Shown: positions 1-9,416 of the stretch, in pieces
Numbering within the stretch: position 1 is the first letter of the stretch
Layout: the number at the start of each line of letters is the position of its first letter
Origin: Candidatus Aerophobota bacterium
GTDB taxonomy: Bacteria > Aerophobota > Aerophobia > Aerophobales > Aerophobaceae
Assembly (NCBI GenBank): GCA_030672545.1
Contig: DAOVGF010000031.1
Location: 1-42,232, forward strand
Reading direction: 5' to 3'
Length of the DNA: 42,232 nt
Notes under the pieces: model-generated
What the model saw: only the letters and a program-made list of their open reading frames with translations
Databases searched by the model: none
Told to the model about the DNA's origin: nothing
Translations under genes and position numbers: made by a program

Positions 1-257
1 TGAGCTCGTACTCTGGTTAAGGTTTCCAGTCCGGAGCTGTCGGGTAGGGAAAGATCCAGAAGAACCAGGTCAAACTTCTCTTTACTCAGGTATTCCAGGC
101 CCGTTTTAAGTTCATCTACCCAGTCCAGGGTAAGTTTGGCACCTTTGGCCTCCAAGATCATCTCTTTTATTAAGCGGGCATCGCCGGGATTATCCTCGAT
201 AAGGAGAACCTTAATGAGGGAAAATAGAGAATGGCAACTGTTGGATTGCTCACTCAT
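1..257 (-). CDS. Response regulator receiver-domain protein (N-terminal part; runs off the window edge)
   Basis: Not in the ORF track. Manual translation from ATG at 257 gives MSEQSNSCHSLFSLIKVLLIEDNPGDARLIKEM...FDLVLLDLSLPDSSGLETL, with the receiver acidic pocket (ED) and phospho-Asp (LLD-LSLP). Confidence 0.9.
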   Translation of the reverse strand, partial: MSEQSNSCHSLFSLIKVLLIEDNPGDARLIKEMILEAKGAKLTLDWVDELKTGLEYLSKEKFDLVLLDLSLPDSSGLETLTRVRA

Positions 258-458
258 TATCTTTTTTCCTTAAGTTAAATTGCTTTTTTGGGCGACTGAA
301 CCCGCTCCTACCCGAGCATAGGAGGCCTCCCCTACCCATCTTAGCACACTCAAGTAGGTTTCCCAAAATGACCTTTCTCCACCAGTTCAGGCTTGGCCAA
401 AACGCCATAGTTGAAAGGTAATCTCATAGGATCCACCTAAAAAAATACATTTTCTTTA

Positions 459-486
459 AAGATAACTCTTTTTGACCATACGTCAA
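459..486 (-). promoter_or_regulatory. sigma70-type promoter for the response regulator
   Basis: TTGACG (486-481), 16-bp spacer, TATCTT (464-459) on the minus strand. Confidence 0.5.
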
Positions 487-590
487 CTTCTCTAAACACC
501 AATCCTACGTAATATTATACGAAAATCATAAGAATGCAATGAACCTAAACGTATTTGATATTTAATAGCTAATTTTTGTCGGGAAAAAAT

Positions 591-650
591 GGTGGCCACG
601 GACTTTAACTCCTCTATTGTAATCCGGTAGCCACAAGCTTTAGGCTGTGT
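591..650 (+). repeat. Two degenerate GTAG-type REP-like units
   Basis: GGTGGCCACGGACTTTA (591-607) and GGTAGCCACAAGCTTTA (626-642) match at 13/17 positions; the second continues as an imperfect palindrome. Confidence 0.45.
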
Positions 651-692
651 TTCACAATAAGGTAAGTTTTCGGGAAAAGTGGAAAAAGTTGG

Positions 693-721
693 TTGACAAG
701 GACCGCTTGATAGTGTATGTT
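693..721 (+). promoter_or_regulatory. sigma70-type promoter for the nitroreductase
   Basis: TTGACA (693-698), 17-bp spacer, TATGTT (716-721). Confidence 0.55.
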
Positions 722-788
722 TTGCTCAATTGACGGCTCACCCTTAAGGTAAACAAATTATTACAGTTATTATAACAAGGAGGGTTAG

Positions 789-1301
789 ATGGATGTCTTT
801 ACGGCAATCAAGGGGAGAAGGAGTGTAAGAGCCTACCAAGACAAAGAAATTGAAGAGGAAAAACTCAATAAGGTTTTAGAGGCTGGAAGACTGGCTCCCT
901 CAGCCAGTAATAGGCAAGAATGGAAATTCATTGTGGTCAAGGATGAGCAAACAAGGAGAAAATTGGGCCAGGCGGCCAATGGGCAAGGTTTTGTGGGAGA
1001 GGCACCGGTGGTAATAGTTATCTGTGCCACCGAAACTCAACACGTAATGCCCTGCGGTCAACTGAGCTACCCCATTGATCTGGCCATAGCCACTGATCAT
1101 ATGACTCTGGAGGCCTACGAGCTGGGTTTGGGGACCTGTTGGATTGGTGCTTTCCACCAAGCCAAGGTTAAGGAGATTCTCAGCATTCCCGATAATATAA
1201 GAGTGCCTATCCTCTTTCCCCTGGGTTATCCATCTCATAAGTCTTCTCCCAAACCAAGGAAAAACTTGAGTGAAGTAGTTTCCTACGAAAAATACCAATG
1301 A
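789..1301 (+). CDS. Nitroreductase family protein
   Basis: [17 protein letters not shown] and LGLGTCWIG motifs; SD AAGGAGG upstream. Confidence 0.93.
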   Translation: MDVFTAIKGRRSVRAYQDKEIEEEKLNKVLEAGRLAPSASNRQEWKFIVVKDEQTRRKLGQAANGQGFVGEAPVVIVICATETQHVMPCGQLSYPIDLAIATDHMTLEAYELGLGTCWIGAFHQAKVKEILSIPDNIRVPILFPLGYPSHKSSPKPRKNLSEVVSYEKYQ

Positions 1302-2329
1302 GGTGTCTTAGCCAGACGAGCAGCCAGCTCGATGGCCTGAAGCAGACTATCGGGACTGGCTGTTCCCTGCCCTGCTCTATCAAAGGCTACCCCATGATCT
1401 ACCGAAGTTCTTACCATAGGAAGACCTAAAGTAACATTAACTCCCTGCACGGATTTCCAGCTCTGGGAGTAAGCATCCCAGTTAAAAGCCAGTAGTTTCA
1501 GAGGTATATGACCCTGGTCATGATACATAGCTACTGCCACATCATACCCTTCACTTCTTAACTTAACCAGGGCTGTATCTGGAGGCAGGGGACCCTCGAC
1601 CAGCATTCCTTCATCTCTGGCCTGGCACACTGCCGGGATGATTTCCCTTTCTTCCTCACTACCAAAGAGCCCTCCGTCACTGGCATGAGGGTTAAGACCG
1701 AGAACAAGAATCCTGGGATTTTCAATTTCCAGACCTATCAGGGCTTGATGAGCCAGTCTTACAACCTTCAAAATCCTCTCTTTCTTAATAAGTGAAGGAA
1801 CCTCCTTGAGAGCAACATGAGTAGTTACGTGAACTACTCGGAGGTCACCCACCACCAACATCATAGCGTAGTCTTTCGTTCCGGTCTCTTGAGCAAACAT
1901 CTCCGTATGGCCGGGATAGGAAGAACCAGCTAAATAAATAGCCTGTTTGTGAATTGGCCCGGTAGTGACAGCATCAATACAGCCGGCCCTGGCCAGATTG
2001 ATAGCCTGGTTGATATAATCCAGGGAAGCCTGACCTCCCATCTTGCTCACCTTCCCATAGGTCAGATTTTCTATCTTAACATTACCAAGATCCAAAACAT
2101 CGATTGTTCCAAATTTATAGTTCCCCTTTCCCAGGCTCTTCACTGGATTTAAGTCAAGACCGACCCTAACAATTTCGCAGGCCAGTTGTATTACTCTGGC
2201 ATCACCAATGATTAGAGGACGGCAGATTCGGTAAATCCGAGATTCACTAAGAGCTTTGGCCGCAATTTCTGGCCCTATCCCGGCGGGATCTCCCATAGTG
2301 ATACCAATCAGGGGAAGTTCAGAAGGCAA
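1283..2329 (-). CDS. pdxA: 4-hydroxythreonine-4-phosphate dehydrogenase family (PdxA/PdxA2-like)
   Basis: [31 protein letters not shown] and RTSVDHG motifs. Start moved from the track's 2365 to the in-frame TTG at 2329, which has GGAGG 5 nt upstream. Confidence 0.9.
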   Translation of the reverse strand: MPSELPLIGITMGDPAGIGPEIAAKALSESRIYRICRPLIIGDARVIQLACEIVRVGLDLNPVKSLGKGNYKFGTIDVLDLGNVKIENLTYGKVSKMGGQASLDYINQAINLARAGCIDAVTTGPIHKQAIYLAGSSYPGHTEMFAQETGTKDYAMMLVVGDLRVVHVTTHVALKEVPSLIKKERILKVVRLAHQALIGLEIENPRILVLGLNPHASDGGLFGSEEEREIIPAVCQARDEGMLVEGPLPPDTALVKLRSEGYDVAVAMYHDQGHIPLKLLAFNWDAYSQSWKSVQGVNVTLGLPMVRTSVDHGVAFDRAGQGTASPDSLLQAIELAARLAKTPHWYFS

Positions 2330-3401
2330 ATTTTCCTCCCAGGTAAAACAATTTGTCGTTTCCACTTATAGGACTGGATGAATCAAATTTACCAAAAGTT
2401 TCCTTGTTCAAAAACCTGAGAATCTCAGTGGGATGGTAATCATTAGCTCCAAATAAAGTCAGTGTTTTTGTCGCTCCCTCAATAGCCACCTTTTTCAGGA
2501 CGGTCTGACTTATAGTTGTTCTCTTAATTTTGGTTGATTTTGCTGGAAATATAGCTATGATGTTTACCCTTCTCTCAGAAGCGATTGTCTTACCCATAAC
2601 GATATTTAGCTGGTCGCTCAACTTTTTATACTTAGTCATATAAGTTTGGTAGAAATTCTGACTATGTTTTTTCATTCTTGGTTCCACCAGAAATTCGTGG
2701 ATGATTCCCCGAGGTCTGACCGGGACATACTCCTTCGGTCTGGTAGTTACTACTAATATATCTGTGCATTCTCTGCGGATAGCCTCTTCAATAGGAATAG
2801 GGCAAGAAACACCCCCGTCCAGATAAGCTACTCCTTTTATGTCAACCGGGACATCGTAGGCAAAGGGCATAGCCGCAGTTGCCTTAAGAACCTTGAGTAA
2901 ATCAATCTCTGGGGATCGGTTACTAAAAAGTACCGATTTACCGGTGGAGATATCAGTAAGTATGATATTGAAAACTGTCGAGGAATTCAGAACTTTTTGG
3001 ATATTAAGAGGCTTCATTTTTGTTATGACTTTGATTAAGAAATCTATGTTGACCATTTTTTTCAGACGGAAGAAATTGACAAAATTGGCGTTATTAATAT
3101 TTTGATAGTAAATGGTAGTTCCATAGGCGGCCTGGCCCGAGAGAAAGTAGGCCTCATTCAAAGCTCCGGCAGATACCCCATAGACCTCATCAAATCCCTC
3201 GGTGTATCCCAGTTCCTCCAGAGCAGTACAGACACCGGCTCCAAATACTCCCCGCATTCCCCCTCCCTGGAGTACCAAAGCAGATTTTATTTTGGACTTT
3301 ATCCCTTTTCTTCTCTCCTTACGGCGTTTTTTTATGTTATTGAGAGCTTGAATGGGATTTTTTCCCCCGTAATCGGCATCATTTATGCTGTTCGAGGACA
3401 A
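2319..3401 (-). CDS. Patatin-like phospholipase
   Basis: GGGMRG oxyanion loop, GVSAG nucleophile elbow and DGG catalytic motif; exact start uncertain. Confidence 0.9.
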   Translation of the reverse strand: MSSNSINDADYGGKNPIQALNNIKKRRKERRKGIKSKIKSALVLQGGGMRGVFGAGVCTALEELGYTEGFDEVYGVSAGALNEAYFLSGQAAYGTTIYYQNINNANFVNFFRLKKMVNIDFLIKVITKMKPLNIQKVLNSSTVFNIILTDISTGKSVLFSNRSPEIDLLKVLKATAAMPFAYDVPVDIKGVAYLDGGVSCPIPIEEAIRRECTDILVVTTRPKEYVPVRPRGIIHEFLVEPRMKKHSQNFYQTYMTKYKKLSDQLNIVMGKTIASERRVNIIAIFPAKSTKIKRTTISQTVLKKVAIEGATKTLTLFGANDYHPTEILRFLNKETFGKFDSSSPISGNDKLFYLGGKFAF

Positions 3402-3493
3402 GAGTTTTATAGTCTCTCCCTTTCTAAAATTTCTTTGAACTCACTTGTTACTACCCCTTTTGTTTTTCGCCACCGAGGGAAAAAATGTAAGTT

Positions 3494-3967
3494 TCAAAAA
3501 AAGGAGTAACGAAGACCGACACCATAATCCACGTCAAATTCAGTGGAGGGCATAAACGACATTACCGGGGCAATTTCCATAAAAAAAGTGAGAGGGGAAT
3601 CCTTAAAAAAGTGCTCCAGGCCGGCTGCTAACCTCAGTCCAATTTCTCCCTCTTTAGGAGCAGCAATGAACCGTACCCCGATTCCGTAATAGATTAGATT
3701 CTGAGCTGGTGCCTTTATGACTTCTTTGGCTGCTCGATGCCACAGGTAATCACCGTGAAAACGAAATAGGCTTTGGTCAAAGTCCCAGGCTCCCGCTAAA
3801 TCAATAGCCCTATCAGAACTCTTCCACATCTTGAAACTTATCCCGGTAGGCTTACCCAGGATGAGTCCTATCTCGTAAGGTGCCTTCTCTGCGGCCAAAC
3901 AAATTTGCCCACTGAAGATCATCCATATCCCCAGCAATATCACGGCTACTTTTATCATTTTCATCAT
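3494..3967 (-). CDS. Small outer-membrane beta-barrel protein (DUF3996-like)
   Basis: Signal peptide, GLILGKPTGISFK, alternating amphipathic strands, aromatic C-terminus GVGLRYSFF; SD GGAGG. Confidence 0.7.
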   Translation of the reverse strand: MMKMIKVAVILLGIWMIFSGQICLAAEKAPYEIGLILGKPTGISFKMWKSSDRAIDLAGAWDFDQSLFRFHGDYLWHRAAKEVIKAPAQNLIYYGIGVRFIAAPKEGEIGLRLAAGLEHFFKDSPLTFFMEIAPVMSFMPSTEFDVDYGVGLRYSFF

Positions 3968-4023
3968 TAGACCTCCCTTTTCTTCGGTCTGACTCTATTG
4001 ACTTCCTCCGGGGACTTCTCTTT

Positions 4024-4785
4024 TTACTCCTCCTGCAATATTCTTAGAATATCCTGGTGTATTTTACTGTTGGAAGCAATGTACTGGTCAACCTGGGGAG
4101 TCCAGGGATTACCTTGAAGGTCGGTTACCTTTCCTCCGGCCTCCTCTACAATGAGAGCTCCGGCGGAGAAATCCCAGGGTTTGTCATGATACTCTATTTG
4201 TAAGTCAATCTGGCCATTGGCTATAAAGGAAAGACTTCGGGCACTAGAGCCAAACATCCTCACATTGAAAACATTGTCTGCCAACTTACCAAGATTAGTT
4301 AGCATAACCTCCTGGTTATACTGTAGGCTGCTGTCGTAAACCATGGAAACCTGGGGCAGGTCTCTTCGAGAAACCGCAATCCTCTCATTGTTAAGATAAG
4401 CTCCCTTACCTTTTTCAGCAACATATAACTCCGCCGTAACCGGTAGGAAAATAACTCCTAAAATTATCTCTTCTTCCCATTCCAGAGCTATGGAAACTCC
4501 GAAAATTCCCACTTTATGGATGTAATTGTGGGTTCCGTCCAGGGGATCAATTATCCATCTGTATTTTGAGTGATTCTCTTCAGCCGGACTCTCCTCGGAT
4601 AAAATACTATGATGGGGATATTTCTCCTTGATCAGGCTAATTATCGTTGTCTGAGCTTCCAAATCAACATTAGTTACCAGTTCCCTACCACTCTTCTTGG
4701 TAATCTTGTGAATTCTACCAAAGTTATCTATTAGTATTTTGCCGGCCTCTTTTGCAGCTCTAATTGCTAACTCCCTCATCAACAT
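4024..4785 (-). CDS. Inositol monophosphatase (SuhB/FIG family)
   Basis: LSEE, WIIDPLDGTHNY and WDFSAG motifs. Confidence 0.92.
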   Translation of the reverse strand: MLMRELAIRAAKEAGKILIDNFGRIHKITKKSGRELVTNVDLEAQTTIISLIKEKYPHHSILSEESPAEENHSKYRWIIDPLDGTHNYIHKVGIFGVSIALEWEEEIILGVIFLPVTAELYVAEKGKGAYLNNERIAVSRRDLPQVSMVYDSSLQYNQEVMLTNLGKLADNVFNVRMFGSSARSLSFIANGQIDLQIEYHDKPWDFSAGALIVEEAGGKVTDLQGNPWTPQVDQYIASNSKIHQDILRILQEE

Positions 4786-4812
4786 ACCTCCCTAAAATAA
4801 TCATAAACGTTT

Positions 4813-5778
4813 TTATTTTGTTTTCAGGGCATAGCGAGCTTTTTCTCCCCGAAGAACCCTTATTACTTCTTGAGCGGCCATAACTCCCATTCTCTTGTTT
4901 GCTTCTTTAGTGTAACTGCCAATGTGAGGAGTAGGCAGAAAATTATTCAGCTTAAACAGGGGAAACTCATCTCCCGGAGGCTCCTGAGAATATACATCAG
5001 TGGCTGCTCCGGCTAAACGGCCTTCCTTCAAAACTTCATAAAGATCTCTCTCGTTAACTATTTCTCCTCGGGAAGTATTTATTAAATAGGCATCTTTCTT
5101 AATTTGAGATAATTCCTCCCTGGCCAAAAAATTGCGGGTGGAGGAAGAAAGAGGTAAATGAACAGTAATGAAGTCTGATTCTCTGAGCAATTTTAATAAC
5201 TTTACTGCTTTTACCGGGAATTTTCTCTCAAGAATAGGTTTTCTTATCGTATCATAATAAAAAACAGGCATCTCAAAACCCTGAGCTCTTCTAAGCACTG
5301 CTTGGCCGATGTGGCCTATCCCGATGATACCGAGAGTTTTACCGTAAACCTCTGTACCCATATATTTGTTACCTTCCCAGAGACCTTTTTTGGCTGAAAT
5401 ACTGGCCGGAATTATTTTTCGAGCCAAAGCTAACATCAAAGCAAAGACAAGATCGGCCACAGCCTCATAGTTAGCTCCCGGGGTTCGGGAAATAACTATT
5501 CCTCTTCGGGTAGCCTCATTAACATCTATATTATCTAGACCTACACCGTGTTTTACTATTACCTTGAGGTCATTGGCTTCCTTCAAAGTATTTCTTCCTA
5601 CCTTATCTAATCCAACAATTAAAGCCTGGTATCCCCTAATTCTTCGCGCCAATTCGTCATCATTATGAGGTCCGGGCTCCTGGTTTACCTCACAGTAATG
5701 AGATTCTAAGATTCTCAGAGGTTCCCGGTTAGCTCTACCAAAAGACCTGGTGGTCACTAAAATTCTCGACTTCTTCAT
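4813..5778 (-). CDS. D-isomer-specific 2-hydroxyacid dehydrogenase (phosphoglycerate dehydrogenase-like, no ACT domain)
   Basis: GVGLDNID, GIGHIG Rossmann motif, INTSRG, DVYSQEP and TPHIG. Confidence 0.9.
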   Translation of the reverse strand: MKKSRILVTTRSFGRANREPLRILESHYCEVNQEPGPHNDDELARRIRGYQALIVGLDKVGRNTLKEANDLKVIVKHGVGLDNIDVNEATRRGIVISRTPGANYEAVADLVFALMLALARKIIPASISAKKGLWEGNKYMGTEVYGKTLGIIGIGHIGQAVLRRAQGFEMPVFYYDTIRKPILERKFPVKAVKLLKLLRESDFITVHLPLSSSTRNFLAREELSQIKKDAYLINTSRGEIVNERDLYEVLKEGRLAGAATDVYSQEPPGDEFPLFKLNNFLPTPHIGSYTKEANKRMGVMAAQEVIRVLRGEKARYALKTK

Positions 5779-5814
5779 TTCTTCTCTTCCCAGTAGATTT
5801 AGATGTCTGAAAAA

Positions 5815-5979
5815 TCAGGAATTAAGGCCTGACTGATTTAATTTCCTTAATTCGATCAAAATTTCTTTCAAAAGCATAAGGTGAAGACGACGGTAGTTAA
5901 TCTGGCTTGATAACTTGGCCCATTTTCTTGGATTGTCCTCGGCTATGTAATTCTCCAGGAAATCTAAAATGTCTTTCAT
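5815..5979 (-). CDS. Small hypothetical helical protein (54 aa)
   Basis: In-frame ATG at 5979 (MKDILDFLENY...) with GAGGAG about 10 nt upstream; fills the operon gap better than the track start at 6036. Confidence 0.6.
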   Translation of the reverse strand: MKDILDFLENYIAEDNPRKWAKLSSQINYRRLHLMLLKEILIELRKLNQSGLNS

Positions 5980-5999
5980 TTTGAGAAAACTCCTCTTAA

Positions 6000-6653
6000 T
6001 TAATAGATAAATATTATACCCAGGGAAATAGCGCAAGGAATGGAGGTAAGCTCGACATTACGATGAGCTACCGGATATATATCCCATCCCACCTGGGTAG
6101 CCAATCGATAGGCATCAATTCCCACTGCTTCCATAGACGGTCTTGCTTTGAGAGGAAATCGACAACGACCACTGTCCAAAAACTGACATATTTGCCCTCC
6201 GCAAAGAGCTGTTTTGCATCCACCCGCGGCAAAACCCATAGCCAGATAGTATCCATCGTTGAAAGCTAAAGCTTCAACCTCCGAGACTATACGATGTGTT
6301 TTTCCTTGATGCTTCATATGGGCCCTATGCCACTTTTCATTGTCTACAAAATCCTCGACTGGAAGCACGTCATTTCTGGTAAAAATGGCGTAACTGAATT
6401 TATTCAAAACTTTTCTCATTTCTTCTGGTTCCGGCGTATACGGAGGACAGTTCGGACTTTCTCCATAAAGGTGACAGAGGGGAACTAAACACTTCATGCG
6501 CACCCTTTCATCAACAACTACCTGACCGGCTGAGACAATCTTTGCCTCATCTGCTCCGGCCTCCAAAGCTTTTTGCCGGTATTTCTCCAGGTCTTCCCTC
6601 AGTTTTTCCGGAGAGATCTGGAGAGAAATTTTTCTGGCCACAATTTTATCCAT
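6000..6653 (-). CDS. DUF2284-like Cys-rich predicted metal-binding protein
   Basis: KCxxPxCxxYGxSPNCPP and GGCxxxxCxxxxC...CRFPLKARPSMEAVGID pattern. Confidence 0.8.
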   Translation of the reverse strand: MDKIVARKISLQISPEKLREDLEKYRQKALEAGADEAKIVSAGQVVVDERVRMKCLVPLCHLYGESPNCPPYTPEPEEMRKVLNKFSYAIFTRNDVLPVEDFVDNEKWHRAHMKHQGKTHRIVSEVEALAFNDGYYLAMGFAAGGCKTALCGGQICQFLDSGRCRFPLKARPSMEAVGIDAYRLATQVGWDIYPVAHRNVELTSIPCAISLGIIFIY

Positions 6654-6716
6654 AGTTTTACCTCAACTAATTTTTTTCCGGTTTTGGTGACTTTTTCCTA
6701 TGGTCAACTTAGAGCT

Positions 6717-6745
6717 ATGTTACAAAATCAATCCTCTTGTGTCAA
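6717..6745 (-). promoter_or_regulatory. sigma70-type promoter for the DUF2284...pdxA run
   Basis: TTGACA (6745-6740), 17-bp spacer, TAACAT on the minus strand. Confidence 0.5.
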
Positions 6746-6773
6746 AAACTGGAAGTGTCTTCTTTCGGAAAAT

Positions 6774-6794
6774 GGGAGGTTAAAACCTCCCCTT
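6774..6794. repeat. REP-like palindrome GGGAGGT-TAAA-ACCTCCC
   Basis: 7-bp perfect stem in a divergent intergenic region; related to GTAGGGGAGG at 326-335 (minus strand). Confidence 0.45.
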
Positions 6795-6911
6795 GTATGT
6801 TAAACTATACAAGTGAAACAAGCAAGTACCTACCCAATAGAATAGGGACTTTTTTTGGCGAAGATAAAGTGGAGATAATTTATGAATTCCTATGCCTCAA
6901 GGAAAAGAAGA

Positions 6912-6939
6912 TTGACTTCTTAAAAAATTCCCCTAAACT
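6912..6939 (+). promoter_or_regulatory. sigma70-type promoter for the NagB-like gene
   Basis: TTGACT, 16-bp spacer, TAAACT. Confidence 0.6.
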
Positions 6940-7053
6940 GTTGAAAATGACTCTTGAGTTCATCAAGTTTATCTATGGTCATAGTTAGTTACCAATTACA
7001 AAATGAGGCTAAAATATTCTTAATGGACTTACCCAATAGCCAAGGAGGAAAAG

Positions 7054-7974
7054 ATGAAAGACTTTAAATTTGACCCGGCCAGATTCATCCCTTTCCGGGA
7101 TAGCAAAATCTGTGCCAAAGTGAGAGCCATCAAAAAGGAAGATATTACCAAGCATCCCAACCCTGATTTCAAGATCAGGGTAATTGAGGAACCCCCCCGT
7201 TTTTACTTCGAGTTTGCTCTGGATATTCTCACCCGAATCCAGCGCTCACTAAAAGAGAAAAAGAATCTGGTTTTAATTCTTCCCGTTGGTCCCACGCCAC
7301 AGTTTCAGATACTTGCCCGTCTCATTAATGAGCTTAAAATCTCCTGTCACCATGTGCACACTTTTAATATGGATGAATATGCTGATGAAAATGAGAGAAC
7401 GGCCCCGGTAAGCTGGGAAGGGTCCTTTCAAAAATCAATATGGGACAACTTTTTCAATTTAATAGATAAAGGACTGCGGCCTCCCACAAAGCAAATTCAT
7501 TTTCCGACAACTGAGAATATAAATGACTACGGGAAGATGATAGAAGATACTGGTGGAGCAGATGTTTGTTATGGAGGTATAGGGTGGTGTGGTCATATTG
7601 CCTTCTGGGAGGCTCATCTGGGATTTGAATTTGGAGAGGATCTGGAAGCCTACAAAAAAGCCGGTCCAAGAATTGTGGAACTACATCCTATAACTATAAT
7701 GCAAAATGCCCTTCATTCCTTTAGTGGTGATTGGTCCTGGGTACCACCCCGGGCAGCAACTATAGGACCAGCTCAAATTATGGGAGCAAGAAACAGAAGT
7801 TTTTGGCTGGACGGGTATCTTGGAGGAGGGGTATCCTGGCAGAGGTTTATTGCTCGATTGGTTGCTTATGGTCCGGTAAACACTTTAGTTCCTGGATCAA
7901 TCCTGCAGACGGTTCCTACTACCTATACTATTCTGGGAGGAGTGGCCGAAAACTGTCAAATAAATATGAAATAA
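7054..7974 (+). CDS. Divergent glucosamine-6-phosphate deaminase/isomerase (NagB superfamily)
   Basis: LPVGPTP, FNMDEY and GGIGWCGHIAFWE motifs; SD AAGGAGG. Confidence 0.82.
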   Translation: MKDFKFDPARFIPFRDSKICAKVRAIKKEDITKHPNPDFKIRVIEEPPRFYFEFALDILTRIQRSLKEKKNLVLILPVGPTPQFQILARLINELKISCHHVHTFNMDEYADENERTAPVSWEGSFQKSIWDNFFNLIDKGLRPPTKQIHFPTTENINDYGKMIEDTGGADVCYGGIGWCGHIAFWEAHLGFEFGEDLEAYKKAGPRIVELHPITIMQNALHSFSGDWSWVPPRAATIGPAQIMGARNRSFWLDGYLGGGVSWQRFIARLVAYGPVNTLVPGSILQTVPTTYTILGGVAENCQINMK

Positions 7975-7990
7975 GGAAAAATAAGTAATT

Positions 7991-9391
7991 TCAATAGATA
8001 ATGGAACGATCCATATTTTCAGGTATATGGGGTTTTCCTTCTGAGAAAAGATGAACTCCCGGAGGATAATTTTTTAAAGTATCGAGATGAGCTAAATATT
8101 TCTCGCTAACCTGTTTGAACTCCTCAAGATAGGCTGATTTTACCGGCTCGGCCCGGGGGAGCTTCATTTTGAGGAAATTGACAAAACGGCCGTTGGCGAC
8201 CACTCTAAAGTCGAGGTGGGGTCCGGTGGAAAGACCGCTTGATCCCACATAACCAATCACCTGTCCTTGTTTCACCTTAACACCTCTCTTTATTCCTCGA
8301 GCATACCGGGAAAGATGACCGTAGGTGGTAATGATACTACCGGGATGCTTTATCTTGACAAATCTTCCGTAACCACCCTTCCAACCCGCGAAAATCACTT
8401 CTCCCTCACCTATAGCCGAAACCGGAGTTCCGATTGGGGCAGCATAATCTATCCCCAGATGGGGACGATATATTTTGAGAATAGGATGGAACCTATGCCA
8501 GGAAAAATATGAGCTGATACGGCGGTAGTGAAGGGGGGATCGGAGAAAAGAGAGCCGCAATGACTCTCCCGGGGGGGTGTAGTAATCTGAATGACTTTCT
8601 TCATCGCGAAAGAAAATACCAGTATAATTATGTCCGGAATTAATGTAACGAGCGGCTAAAATTCTTCCCTCCAAAATAATCTTTCCTTCCGGAGAAAGAA
8701 AATATTCCCAGATAAACTCCAGTACGTCCCCCTTCCTGGGATCGGTAAGAAAATCAATCTGCCAGGCAAAAATATCAGCAAAACGGTTTACCAACTCGGG
8801 AGAAAGTTTGGCCGCTCGCATGGACTCGTAAACAGAGGATTGAACAACCAGTTGAGTCCCGGCCAGAACTCGCCGGCGGGGTACTTCTTCTTTCCGAGCG
8901 GAGAAGTTTCCCTCCTCGGACTCCTCCACCAAAAAGTATTCCAGGGAGTTGGGAACATACTTGAAGATGAGACTACCTTGGGGACTTCTTTTGACTTCAA
9001 TTAGGTCACCCGGTCTGCACCTCTTCGGGTTAAAGAGACGACTCAAAGCCTTGACTATATGGTAGGTCTTATCCGGGGAAACTCCGGCCGAAAGAAGAAT
9101 CTCGTAGATGGTATCCGAACGACGGAGAGTGGTAGAAAGCACCAGGGGGAAATCTTTTTCGGAAATACTCTTCTCCTGATCCTTCTTATCAGGAACTTGA
9201 CTCTCGGGTAAAGAGGATTCCTGACCGACTGGAGAATCTGACTCGCTTGACCCTGAGATTTTACTATCTTTCCCCGGAAGAACTAAGTCCGGCTGAATTA
9301 TACGAAACCCAAGATAAATAACCGACAAAACGCAACAGGCCGAAAGAATTATGATGGTCAATCTCATTTTTTTGCTGGTAAAGAATTTCAT
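7991..9391 (-). CDS. M23 family peptidoglycan endopeptidase (MepM-like, membrane-anchored)
   Basis: N-terminal TM segment; HLGIDY, YGHLS and STGPHLDF motifs. Confidence 0.92.
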   Translation of the reverse strand: MKFFTSKKMRLTIIILSACCVLSVIYLGFRIIQPDLVLPGKDSKISGSSESDSPVGQESSLPESQVPDKKDQEKSISEKDFPLVLSTTLRRSDTIYEILLSAGVSPDKTYHIVKALSRLFNPKRCRPGDLIEVKRSPQGSLIFKYVPNSLEYFLVEESEEGNFSARKEEVPRRRVLAGTQLVVQSSVYESMRAAKLSPELVNRFADIFAWQIDFLTDPRKGDVLEFIWEYFLSPEGKIILEGRILAARYINSGHNYTGIFFRDEESHSDYYTPPGESLRLSFLRSPLHYRRISSYFSWHRFHPILKIYRPHLGIDYAAPIGTPVSAIGEGEVIFAGWKGGYGRFVKIKHPGSIITTYGHLSRYARGIKRGVKVKQGQVIGYVGSSGLSTGPHLDFRVVANGRFVNFLKMKLPRAEPVKSAYLEEFKQVSEKYLAHLDTLKNYPPGVHLFSEGKPHIPENMDRSIIY

Positions 9392-9416
9392 TTTCCGCTC
9401 GCTTCACTTGGTAATA

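Noticed and set aside
284-370. tRNA-like GGGTTCAGTC on the minus strand
   Set aside because: No T-stem pairing, acceptor stem or cloverleaf.
2319-3401. Patatin as a CBASS CapV-type effector
   Set aside because: No CD-NTase or other defence genes nearby; it sits in a metabolic run.
6737-6988. 83-aa intergenic ORF (and the similar 18254-18490 ORF)
   Set aside because: They overlap promoters and a palindrome, have no SD and no recognisable motif.
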